DNA of 41,060 bases, from positions 1 through 41,060 of IMG/VR virus record IMGVR_UViG_3300027798_000092, one strand, 5' to 3'. A program made the position numbers and the translations under genes. Within the stretch, counting starts at the first letter, position 1. The number at the start of each line of letters is the position of its first letter. The DNA comes from a virus (Duplodnaviria; Caudoviricetes). Positions 1 to 8,511 of the stretch are shown here, piece by piece. Below the pieces are notes generated by a model. It was not told where the DNA came from, searched no databases, and saw only the letters and a program-made list of their open reading frames with translations.

Positions 1-1
1 T

Positions 2-619
2 CTGTCCAACGGTTGAACCAATCATGTAAGCTTTTTTACCACCGGGTATATCAAAGATTTGTCTCTTATGAATATCACCACATAGTACCAAGTCACACCC
101 ATCAAACTTTGATGTTTCAAACCCATCCTCAAACTTAAATCCTAAGTTGGTTGTAAGTCCCTGAACTGGCCCGTGAAATAATCCAATCTTAACTCTGTCA
201 GACTTTTCAATCGTAGGTGGGATGTTATGGTCCATAAGTGAATACACACACCAATCAATATTTTCATCCTGATACACACCTCTATTCTTGTAGTAAACTA
301 CCATATCATTTTTAAGTGAGTCAACTACAGGTGTTAGAGCATCCAATCGTTCCATATTGTTTTCAAGGAAGTCGTGATTACCAGGTATTAATACCGTTTT
401 AGTAATCTTTGAACACTCCGTTAATACCCAAGCGATAAACTCAACAAGTTCAGGTGTCATTTGATTTTTAGAGTGAACTAAATCCCCCGTGAACACAATT
501 CTATCAGGAGCAATATCTTTCCATTGTTTAAACGCTTCTTCTAAAATTGACTTATATAGTTGGTGGTCTTTAAACAACCTAACGTGTAAATCAGAGAAAT
601 GAACTAACTTTTTTATCAT
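2..619 (-). CDS. Metallophosphoesterase, Mre11/SbcD (T4 gp47-like) nuclease subunit; truncated at the window edge
   Basis: Not in the ORF track. Hand translation from ATG at 619: MIKKLVHFSDLHVR...VFTGDLVH...IPGNHD...LFHG...LCGDIHKRQ, which gives all five calcineurin-like motifs. The ATG overlaps the TGA of the upstream ORF (ATGA). Confidence 0.9.
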   Translation of the reverse strand, partial: MIKKLVHFSDLHVRLFKDHQLYKSILEEAFKQWKDIAPDRIVFTGDLVHSKNQMTPELVEFIAWVLTECSKITKTVLIPGNHDFLENNMERLDALTPVVDSLKNDMVVYYKNRGVYQDENIDWCVYSLMDHNIPPTIEKSDRVKIGLFHGPVQGLTTNLGFKFEDGFETSKFDGCDLVLCGDIHKRQIFDIPGGKKAYMIGSTVGQ

Positions 620-849
620 AGTTCTAATTTCGGAGATTCAAGATAAAAAGGGTATAACTCATCATTTACATTACCACAAGCCAAACAAGCGTATGTTGGG
701 AAAGGTACGACTGTATCGTCAGGTGAACCAGTCAATAACTTTGGTACTCGTTTTAGGTAAGTAATTTCTTTGAACTCGTTGTGTTCACATTTGTCACAGA
801 CAATGAAGTCCATGTCTCTTAAATTAATTTTTGGTTTTTCTAAATTCAT
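616..849 (-). CDS. Small zinc-ribbon protein
   Basis: Two CxxC pairs (CDKC, CLAC); translationally coupled to its neighbours. Confidence 0.75.
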   Translation of the reverse strand: MNLEKPKINLRDMDFIVCDKCEHNEFKEITYLKRVPKLLTGSPDDTVVPFPTYACLACGNVNDELYPFYLESPKLEL

Positions 850-850
850 A

Positions 851-1048
851 TTATTCTTCTATAAACATTATTGTATTACTAATCGGTACTCTAAGTACTG
901 GTTTAGATTTCTCATCAGACTTAATCATTACTTCGTAGTAACCTTCTCTAATTTGTACCGTGGATACGTTAGAGTAATTTTCACTTTGGAAATCATCAAA
1001 GCGAACCATTACCTCTTTTTCTGTTGTGTTAAATGTTAGTTTTATCAT
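851..1048 (-). CDS. Hypothetical protein (65 aa)
   Basis: Tightly packed in the operon and directly downstream of a consensus-like promoter. Confidence 0.7.
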   Translation of the reverse strand: MIKLTFNTTEKEVMVRFDDFQSENYSNVSTVQIREGYYEVMIKSDEKSKPVLRVPISNTIMFIEE

Positions 1049-1054
1049 AGTTCA

Positions 1055-1083
1055 AATATAGTAATTTTTTTATTTATTGTCAA
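1055..1083 (-). promoter_or_regulatory. Early/host-RNAP promoter TTGACA-N17-TATATT, also matching the Bacteroidota TAnnTTTG element
   Basis: Minus strand reads TTGACA ataaataaaaaaattac TATATT tgaact ATG(1048). Confidence 0.7.
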
Positions 1084-1934
1084 TTTAGATAGTCTTTTAC
1101 ATTCATATTCATCACAGTGTCTACAACATCTTGTGGAACCCTGAACTCTTTATATTCTGAGTCCTCTTTCAATAATACGACAATACATCCATATAATTTC
1201 ATATTTTCATACTTTGTTCCTTCCAACATTTTTAAGATTAACTTACCATATAAAGGTAGTTGAACATAGTAGTGTCCAAGAGCGGTATTTGGTAGATTTT
1301 GGAATGGTTTAAACATAGGTTTTGTAAAGTTATTACTTTCAAAGTTTTTAGGTTTGTTTGTCTTCCAATCTGTTATTAATAACCCAAACCCATCTTTATT
1401 CCTATTTATTACCAACCAAACTTTATCGGGTTGCCCAGTATAACCTAGTTCAGGATGTCCCAAAACAATCTCCGTATCCAACAAAACAACGTCACGTTCA
1501 TTCATTAGTTTTAGAAATTTAGAACCAGCACTAATCATACTATCACCCTTTAGAATCTGTGTAATATCACAATCAAAAATTGGTTGACGAACTTCTTTAT
1601 AGTTACCACTACTTTCAATTAAATTTTTCTCTAAAAAGAAGTGAACCCTACTACCCATATTGGTTGAGTAATCTCCAGCCGCGGCCCATTCCTCAATTAA
1701 TTGTTGTTTAACTATAGGGTCACCTTTAGATTTCTTTTGAGCTGCTTCGTCAGTTGGAAATTCAGGGTAGAACTTTTTCAATACCTTTGATACCGATGGG
1801 AAATTGTTTTTAACAACCCCATCTACATCTTTCATAAAATACGTGTGAGTATCCTCAATAAAGGTTAACTCCAACTCTTGTCTTTTGTTCTCTAAAATTT
1901 CTCGTAATTCTAAAGCAATTTCTTTTAATTCCAT
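1080..1934 (-). CDS. PD-(D/E)XK exonuclease (RecB/Cas4-like fold, no Fe-S cysteines)
   Basis: PSVS, MGSRVH, DTE, GQPD...ITDWKT and YYVQLPLY motifs. Confidence 0.8.
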   Translation of the reverse strand: MELKEIALELREILENKRQELELTFIEDTHTYFMKDVDGVVKNNFPSVSKVLKKFYPEFPTDEAAQKKSKGDPIVKQQLIEEWAAAGDYSTNMGSRVHFFLEKNLIESSGNYKEVRQPIFDCDITQILKGDSMISAGSKFLKLMNERDVVLLDTEIVLGHPELGYTGQPDKVWLVINRNKDGFGLLITDWKTNKPKNFESNNFTKPMFKPFQNLPNTALGHYYVQLPLYGKLILKMLEGTKYENMKLYGCIVVLLKEDSEYKEFRVPQDVVDTVMNMNVKDYLN

Positions 1935-1935
1935 T

Positions 1936-2832
1936 TTAATAACTCATTTCATAATAATAATCATCTATCATACCTTTCAAATCCGCAATGTCAGAATCTT
2001 TTGGTAATTTTAGAATCTTCACTCTCCCTCTTAACTTTCCACCATTTAATTGGTTATAAAGTTTTTGAGCATCTTTCCAAGCATCGGCATCTAAACATAT
2101 GATAATATCTGACTTAGCTTTGGTATATATTGTTTCAAATAATAAATCGTGTAATATTTTTCCCAGTAAGACAACTGGATTGGGTGTAAAGAACCCATCA
2201 ATAGCCCCTTCACATAGGTAAATCGGTTTATTCCAATCAATTAATTTTTCGTTGAATATGATTGTTTCCTTTGGGTATTCAGGATTTTTATACTTATTCT
2301 TCGTGTTAAACCACGCCCTTGATATGAAGTAGTTAATCTCATTGTCCATACCATATGAAGGTATGATAATCCTACCTCCGTAGTCACCATCGGTAGCAAA
2401 CCCAATATTAAACTTTTGAATCATCTCATCAGTAATACCACGTGTTTTAATATACTTTAAAACTTCTCTGTGTGGAATGTGAAGGGGGTTAGCGTCCTTA
2501 ATTGAAATAAATTCTTTGGGGAGTTTTAACTTTTTTAGTTCAACATGTTTTGATTTGTGTTCTTCAGGTTTGAATATGTCGTAAGTTTTCTTTTGGTTCT
2601 TGGTTCCAAAAATATCAATTAACTTACCTAAAACCCCGTGTGTACCATTTTCTTGTCCACAACTCCAACAATGGTAAACGTGTTCATTAATATTTATTTC
2701 AAGGTTACCCTTGTTTTTCCCCTCATCACAATATGGACAATTTATTGAAATCTGACCTTTGGAAGCGTAATAATTTTTTTCTTTACCAAATAAGTCCCTA
2801 ATAATTTCGAGTAAAATTTCGTCTTCGTCCAT
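1936..2832 (-). CDS. dnaG: DNA primase (zinc finger + TOPRIM)
   Basis: CPYC...HCWSC zinc finger, RIIIP, KYKN, LCEGAID and CLDADA TOPRIM motifs. Start moved to ATG 2832 (MDEDE) because the track's TTG at 2868 lies in a -35 box. Confidence 0.9.
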   Translation of the reverse strand: MDEDEILLEIIRDLFGKEKNYYASKGQISINCPYCDEGKNKGNLEININEHVYHCWSCGQENGTHGVLGKLIDIFGTKNQKKTYDIFKPEEHKSKHVELKKLKLPKEFISIKDANPLHIPHREVLKYIKTRGITDEMIQKFNIGFATDGDYGGRIIIPSYGMDNEINYFISRAWFNTKNKYKNPEYPKETIIFNEKLIDWNKPIYLCEGAIDGFFTPNPVVLLGKILHDLLFETIYTKAKSDIIICLDADAWKDAQKLYNQLNGGKLRGRVKILKLPKDSDIADLKGMIDDYYYEMSY

Positions 2833-2839
2833 TACCTTA

Positions 2840-2868
2840 ATAATAAGATAAAAACTTATTGTTGTCAA
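2840..2868 (-). promoter_or_regulatory. Early promoter TTGACA-N17-TATTAT for primase
   Basis: Minus strand TTGACA(2868-2863), 17-nt spacer, TATTAT(2845-2840), then 7 nt to ATG 2832. Confidence 0.7.
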
Positions 2869-2894
2869 ACTTCACAAAGTTTTAATCCTTTTTA

Positions 2895-2901
2895 TATTTA
2901 T
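2895..2901 (+). promoter_or_regulatory. Putative late promoter motif TATTTAT, 5 nt before ATG
   Basis: TATTTAT atcat ATG(2907); the same spacing recurs at five other structural genes. Confidence 0.6.
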
Positions 2902-2906
2902 ATCAT

Positions 2907-3128
2907 ATGCCAACAACAATTACGGTTAGTAGTATAACAGGAGCGACCCCATTTAATATTTATTTATGTATGACAGGTGGTACACCTTGTTATTTTATAT
3001 CTAGTATAGATAGTGGTGATTTACCGTATAGTTTTAGTGTCCCAACTCCTATCCAAGAATTAAATGGATATGATTTAAGGGTTACTGATTCAGTTGGGTG
3101 TATAATAACAGGAACAACAAGTATTTAA
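2907..3128 (+). CDS. Small single-domain SprB-like protein (paralog family member 1)
   Basis: [12 protein letters not shown]-x6-C...VP...LRVTDSVGC aligns with the N-termini of 10604..10882 and 14522..15526. Confidence 0.75.
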   Translation: MPTTITVSSITGATPFNIYLCMTGGTPCYFISSIDSGDLPYSFSVPTPIQELNGYDLRVTDSVGCIITGTTSI

Positions 3129-3132
3129 AAAA

Positions 3133-5598
3133 TTGGTATTAAATTGGCATATATTTTCAGGATGTTGTAGTGGTACTACCTTTCAGGTTGAAGCTCCAAC
3201 GCCTCCTTATAACTTTTCTTCAGGTAACACATATTACCTATTAACTGACCAATATACTGGATGTTCTCAGTATTTAAGTTCAGGATATTCTTCAGGAACT
3301 ACGGTATATAATTTGGAGAGTGGTAATACTTTTTCATATACCAGTTGTACTCAATGTATTTTAACATATCCTTGTGTTCCGGGTCCAACTCCAACACCAA
3401 CTTCAACCCCCGCTCCGAGTGCCACTCCGACAAAAACACCAAGTCCAACACCAACAAAAACTGTTACACCATCAATAACTCCAACAAAAACACCAAGTCC
3501 AACTCCAACAAAAACACCGACAAATACACCAACACCAACAAAAACACCAACTAATACACCTACACCAACAAAAACACCAACTAATACTCCAACAGTTACA
3601 AAAACCCCCACAAATACTCCTACACCATCAATAACCCCAACACATACACCAACAAGGACTGTAACACCAACACCTTCTGTTACCCCATCAATTACCCCAA
3701 CAAGAACTGTTACTCCAACTATTACTCCAACACCATCAATAACCCCAACCATTACACCAACACCAACTATAACTAAAACACCATTACCAACATTTGCAGT
3801 AACTCCAACAACTACACCAAGTGTTAGTGTAACTCAAACCCCTACACCAAGTGTTACTTCACCATATCAATGTGAACAAAGTAGTTTTTGTGTTTCAATT
3901 AGTTTATCAGGTTATAGTTCATATAATGGAGTATATTACAATTACGGTTATTTTAATAGTTACCCAATATTTTATGCACCTAATGCATTAACACCTTCAT
4001 ACATTTATTATAATATACCTGAAACTAGATGGTGTTTATCACAAACAAGTGGTGGTACATGTATATTATTTGGTCCAACAGGTAGTTCTAGCTTATGTCC
4101 TGATTTAGACGAAACTTTATTCTTTACAAATTGTCCAACACCAACACCAACAAATACTGACCCTTGTAATGTTTTTGACTTTACAGCAGTATTTGATTGT
4201 AACATCACTTCAGGAGCTACTCCAACACCTACACCAACTTTAACTCCAACAACTACACCAACACCAACGGTAACTCCAACACCATTATGTTATGGTAAAT
4301 CAGTTATTTTTTCAGGTGTTAGTTATGTATTACCAGGACCAAGTCCAACACCATCAATAACACCAACAAACGCAGTTAAAGGAGTACCAGTAACAGGTAT
4401 TAGTGAGTTTTTAACATTCTCAAACAAATTTTCAAGTCCATATTCAAAATTATTATTAGATTGTGATGGATTTAATAAGTATTTAGTTTCAGAAGAAATA
4501 CCATTTAACACTGGTTCAACATTTAGTGTTATTATTAACAACAAATCAATTTGTGTTACTTACAATAGTGACGTTCTAAACGCACCAACTCATACCTTAC
4601 AGTCGATTGAGAGTGGTAATTTATTTAATTGTGGTTTTTGTGCCCCTATACCAACCGCAACACCAACACCAACTGTAACACCAACGCCGACGGTAACACA
4701 ATCATGTCCGTCAATAGTTGAAACATTAAGCGTATTACCAGGACAACAATTACAATTTATGACTATTGATAATACAAGTAATACTACTTTTATATCAGTA
4801 CCTTTTTCTAATGTTGTTTACGTAATAGATAATGACACATTTTCAACTTTAACAAGTTTCTCTGTTTTTGGTCAAAATACTCCTCAGGCATCTGCGATAG
4901 ACCCTATAAATAATTACTTATACGTAACATATATTAATTCCAATAGTGTATCTGTTTTTGATATGTCCAACAATTATAGTTATGTTACAACAATAAACGG
5001 ATTTAGTAGACCAAGAGGTATCTGTTACGATTCTGTAAATCAGAGAATGTATGTTTCAAATACCACAGGTTCTAATGTTAGTATTATTGACACTAATACA
5101 TTATCGTTAACTTCGTCAGTCACAACAAATCCCGGACCTTTTGGAATTGATTTCGACCCAATAACCGCAAGAGTTTTTGTTCCAACAACTGGGTCAACCG
5201 TAAATGTTATAGATACTTTAAGTAATACAATTGTAACAACTTTATCTTTCTCAGCAGGTTCAAGTCCTGTCCAATGTAGAGTAGATGTTCCTAACAATAC
5301 AGTATATGTAGTAATGAATGGTGGAGGTTATGTCGCATCAATTAACACTTTAACACTATTATCAGGCGTTACTTTTAACACAGGACTTTTTTCTTTAGAT
5401 TTGGTATCCGTAAATAATAAAGTTTATGTTCCAAGCCAGCAGAGTCCATATAAATTAACAATATATGACACAATCACTAATACAACAAGTACTTTAAGTA
5501 CATTTGCAGATGCACCTGCGTATATTGTTTACAATACAAATAATAACAATTTGTATATTGATAATAACAATGGTATCTTACTAAGATTGTGTATATAA
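3133..5598 (+). CDS. Modular adhesin-like protein: N-terminal CC/CxxC domain, Thr/Pro linkers, Cys-rich domains, C-terminal YVTN/YncE-like beta-propeller
   Basis: TTG start; long (TP)n tracts; repeated blades [30 protein letters not shown] in the last ~300 aa. Confidence 0.8.
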   Translation: MVLNWHIFSGCCSGTTFQVEAPTPPYNFSSGNTYYLLTDQYTGCSQYLSSGYSSGTTVYNLESGNTFSYTSCTQCILTYPCVPGPTPTPTSTPAPSATPTKTPSPTPTKTVTPSITPTKTPSPTPTKTPTNTPTPTKTPTNTPTPTKTPTNTPTVTKTPTNTPTPSITPTHTPTRTVTPTPSVTPSITPTRTVTPTITPTPSITPTITPTPTITKTPLPTFAVTPTTTPSVSVTQTPTPSVTSPYQCEQSSFCVSISLSGYSSYNGVYYNYGYFNSYPIFYAPNALTPSYIYYNIPETRWCLSQTSGGTCILFGPTGSSSLCPDLDETLFFTNCPTPTPTNTDPCNVFDFTAVFDCNITSGATPTPTPTLTPTTTPTPTVTPTPLCYGKSVIFSGVSYVLPGPSPTPSITPTNAVKGVPVTGISEFLTFSNKFSSPYSKLLLDCDGFNKYLVSEEIPFNTGSTFSVIINNKSICVTYNSDVLNAPTHTLQSIESGNLFNCGFCAPIPTATPTPTVTPTPTVTQSCPSIVETLSVLPGQQLQFMTIDNTSNTTFISVPFSNVVYVIDNDTFSTLTSFSVFGQNTPQASAIDPINNYLYVTYINSNSVSVFDMSNNYSYVTTINGFSRPRGICYDSVNQRMYVSNTTGSNVSIIDTNTLSLTSSVTTNPGPFGIDFDPITARVFVPTTGSTVNVIDTLSNTIVTTLSFSAGSSPVQCRVDVPNNTVYVVMNGGGYVASINTLTLLSGVTFNTGLFSLDLVSVNNKVYVPSQQSPYKLTIYDTITNTTSTLSTFADAPAYIVYNTNNNNLYIDNNNGILLRLCI
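3384..3860 (+). repeat. Thr/Pro low-complexity tandem repeat ([10 protein letters not shown]-type units, about 30 nt)
   Basis: Repeated ccaacaaaaacacc words at about 3481, 3505, 3535 and 3565. Confidence 0.85.
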
Positions 5599-5621
5599 AA
5601 AAAGGGACTAAAAAGTCCCTC
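5597..5621 (-). terminator. Intrinsic terminator after ruvC, at the convergent junction
   Basis: Stem AGGGACT (5603-5609/5614-5620), 4-nt loop, followed by a T-run on the minus strand. Confidence 0.8.
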
Positions 5622-5642
5622 AAATTAATTTTATAAATCTTA

Positions 5643-6236
5643 TTATTTTTTAGAATTTAGATAACTTAATACAACAGTATAAGCATCTGTCATATCAAAA
5701 TTTTCTTTCTTTAAAGTATTGTTTCTTGTATACAACCAATTAATTTGTGGTTCTCTCTTTGCAACAAGTTCCCATATAATCATCTTCTTATCACAATCTT
5801 TAGGATACCCACCAAATAGAACATATTTACCCTTTTCATTTTTCCTAACCAATTCTGGCCAAGCTTCTTTTCTTGAGTTATATGTTGAAACATATTCAGG
5901 AACAATACCTAACACATCATAAACTTCTTTAGTAATCAATGTATTATATCTTAATAGTGTTCCAATAGTATAAGCGTTATTACTATTCAACAAAGGTTCT
6001 TCAATCACACATCTAACAACACCTACTCCTTTGTATTCCTCCAACTTCTTTCTAAATGTTGCAGATTTTAATAACATCTCTTCAATCTTGGTTTCAGGTG
6101 TTGGTTTTGGTTGCGGTGAAACGTGAGTTAACTCCAATAAATCTCTTGAAGATAAATCAAACAATGCCACACCAATAGTTTTAGTTGAAACATCCAATCC
6201 CAAAATCTTAGGAGAATTTTTAATACTTTTTGCCAT
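5643..6236 (-). CDS. ruvC: RuvC-like Holliday junction resolvase
   Basis: ILGLDVSTKTIGVA, CVIEEP and DMTDA supply the RNase H-fold catalytic D/E/DxxD. Confidence 0.85.
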   Translation of the reverse strand: MAKSIKNSPKILGLDVSTKTIGVALFDLSSRDLLELTHVSPQPKPTPETKIEEMLLKSATFRKKLEEYKGVGVVRCVIEEPLLNSNNAYTIGTLLRYNTLITKEVYDVLGIVPEYVSTYNSRKEAWPELVRKNEKGKYVLFGGYPKDCDKKMIIWELVAKREPQINWLYTRNNTLKKENFDMTDAYTVVLSYLNSKK

Positions 6237-6292
6237 ATCTAATGTTAGTTATTAGATTTAATATTAAATTAATTAACTTAATAGTAAATAAT

Positions 6293-8479
6293 TTAGAAAT
6301 CTAACTTGACAACCGCTTGTTGGACACCTTGTCTTATTTGAGGTGATTGGAATTTAGTCAGTACCAATAAATTTTTATTAATATCATATAAACCTATTTC
6401 AGACATATAAGGTGTAACACCTGCAGTCCAAGTTGGGTTTGATGTATTAACAAATTGATTATTAGGTAGATTAACTATATATCTCATCTCATAGATTGTC
6501 GCTTGGATATCAGTATTAACATTACCGTAGAATGAGTATTCATCACCAAACCCTAAATAATTTGTTTCAGTTGCTAATGGTATATTAATTTGAGAACCTA
6601 AATTATATGAGGTTCCATTATTATATATCGTAGGGGTAATAGTATATGTTATAGCACTTAATCCAACAGGATTAATATAACCGTTAACACTATAACCCGA
6701 TAAAGAATTAGTAAAATCAACTGACACCCATTGTGTTGGGTCGGGATTAACTTGTGATGTTGCGCCTGTTTGTACTAACATTGTAAATCCTGTTGCAAAA
6801 AACCCATTAGTTGCTCCTGTCGTCATACAACCAAACTCATCTCCAAATCTAACAATAACATTTTGTTCTGTCGTACTACATCCTGTTGATGGCCCAATAA
6901 TTTTTTGATAGTAGTTACAGTGAAGTCCTTGCCATGGTCCTTGGAATGCGTAAGTCACCCAAGTGCATTGTTGGTCATTATCTAATAAACCATCTGTGGT
7001 ATTATCACCGCAAGAACCAGGTGTAACTAATCCTAATTTAGGTGCAGGTAATGTATAATTTCTATTTGAGATATTGTTCATTACCGCAACAATCTCTTCA
7101 TCATCAAAAATAATAACCTTATCGTCAGGAAATACTTTACCAACTCTATTAGGTAATCCTGTCACAGGATTTGCGTGAGTATCATAAAGATGAAAATATC
7201 TCATACCCGGTGAATTCATGTCTGAATTCTTTAATGATTTTAAATAATAAGGTGTTAATAAATCGTAGTTATCAAATCCTGCAGGGTCTATCCAAAATGT
7301 TTCACCACTACAACAACTTGTTGGGTTTTTATGCCACATTAACCAAGGTAAATTAATACTAAAGTTTCTTGCTTGTCCTGTTGCACCAGGGGTTGTTGAA
7401 TCATACGCTTCACAGGCAAACTTTTCACCATAAAAATTAATAATAGTATTATTAGTATAGTGGCAGATAGCAACCGCCTTTTGTTCTTCAGGCGTCACTA
7501 TAATTTCCTCATTAAATGAATTATAATAATAAACATTAGAAGTACCACTTTGTCCACTTGAGGACATATAACCAAAATACTCTTTTGAGCTTATATAATC
7601 TTTAGAACCAAAGTCGTTAAATTGTCTGTAAGGTGTTGTTAAACCAGCGGGATTAACCGACCAAGGAATATTCATATTCCATATCTTAACTAAACCATCT
7701 TCAGGTGTACAAACTGATTCGTAATTAATAACACTATCATTCCAATAGTTCATCGGTGTTGGTAAGTCATAACCAGTCATACCTGACGGGTAAAAGAATA
7801 AACGAGCGTTACCTGTGTATCCAACCGCATTTAGATTAGGTAAAAATCTATCTAAAGTAATGTTTAATCCATTAACTTCAATAACATTATAAGTTAATAT
7901 AGGGTGACACGAATTAATGCAACCACAAGATGAACCACCACTCATATAGATTGTAACAAAAGTACCTGCTGAAATAGTGGTACCTGATGCTGAATCAGAA
8001 CAAGGACTTGAACTCATAGTTAAAATCGTACTTCCACCATTAAATGATGAACCAGATAAATTAACAACATATTGTGAATTATATGTATACGCACTTGTAT
8101 GATATGGCATAAAACAAGTAGACGCAGTAGTAGCTGTTACAAAAAAACCACTAGGTGCCGCAGTGTTATAAACTGAATCATCCGCAGATGCCATAAATGG
8201 AATACCATAAGTTATACCAGCAAATCCTTGTAAATAAAATGGGTATTTAATATCGGTTCTCGTAGATTGAGGAATACCAACATTGTTTTGAGCATTGTAT
8301 GGTGGTTCCAAAACCATATAATCAGAATTGTCGTAATTAGATAATGCGGTGTAGTTAACTTCACTATCACCTATTTGGAAATAAGCAACATTAAAATTAC
8401 CCTCGGATATTTTTCTTCTTCCAACATCTGTTAATCTTGTTACAAGTAATCCTTGATTTTCTTTTATTATATAACCCAT
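6293..8479 (-). CDS. Baseplate/tail-fibre attachment protein with DUF3751 (P2 gpH N-terminal)-like halves at both ends
   Basis: N-terminal LTDVGRRKI...FQIGDSE and C-terminal YMSEIGLYDINKNLLVLTKF. Confidence 0.65.
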   Translation of the reverse strand: MGYIIKENQGLLVTRLTDVGRRKISEGNFNVAYFQIGDSEVNYTALSNYDNSDYMVLEPPYNAQNNVGIPQSTRTDIKYPFYLQGFAGITYGIPFMASADDSVYNTAAPSGFFVTATTASTCFMPYHTSAYTYNSQYVVNLSGSSFNGGSTILTMSSSPCSDSASGTTISAGTFVTIYMSGGSSCGCINSCHPILTYNVIEVNGLNITLDRFLPNLNAVGYTGNARLFFYPSGMTGYDLPTPMNYWNDSVINYESVCTPEDGLVKIWNMNIPWSVNPAGLTTPYRQFNDFGSKDYISSKEYFGYMSSSGQSGTSNVYYYNSFNEEIIVTPEEQKAVAICHYTNNTIINFYGEKFACEAYDSTTPGATGQARNFSINLPWLMWHKNPTSCCSGETFWIDPAGFDNYDLLTPYYLKSLKNSDMNSPGMRYFHLYDTHANPVTGLPNRVGKVFPDDKVIIFDDEEIVAVMNNISNRNYTLPAPKLGLVTPGSCGDNTTDGLLDNDQQCTWVTYAFQGPWQGLHCNYYQKIIGPSTGCSTTEQNVIVRFGDEFGCMTTGATNGFFATGFTMLVQTGATSQVNPDPTQWVSVDFTNSLSGYSVNGYINPVGLSAITYTITPTIYNNGTSYNLGSQINIPLATETNYLGFGDEYSFYGNVNTDIQATIYEMRYIVNLPNNQFVNTSNPTWTAGVTPYMSEIGLYDINKNLLVLTKFQSPQIRQGVQQAVVKLDF

Positions 8480-8511
8480 ATCTAATAATTATCTATTATT
8501 TGTATTTTATT

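Noticed and set aside
1080-1934. Cas4 of a CRISPR system
   Set aside because: Lacks the four Fe-S cysteines and any CRISPR context
2833-2868. Primase N-terminal extension from TTG 2868
   Set aside because: The TTG is part of a TTGACA -35 box, so ATG 2832 is the more plausible start
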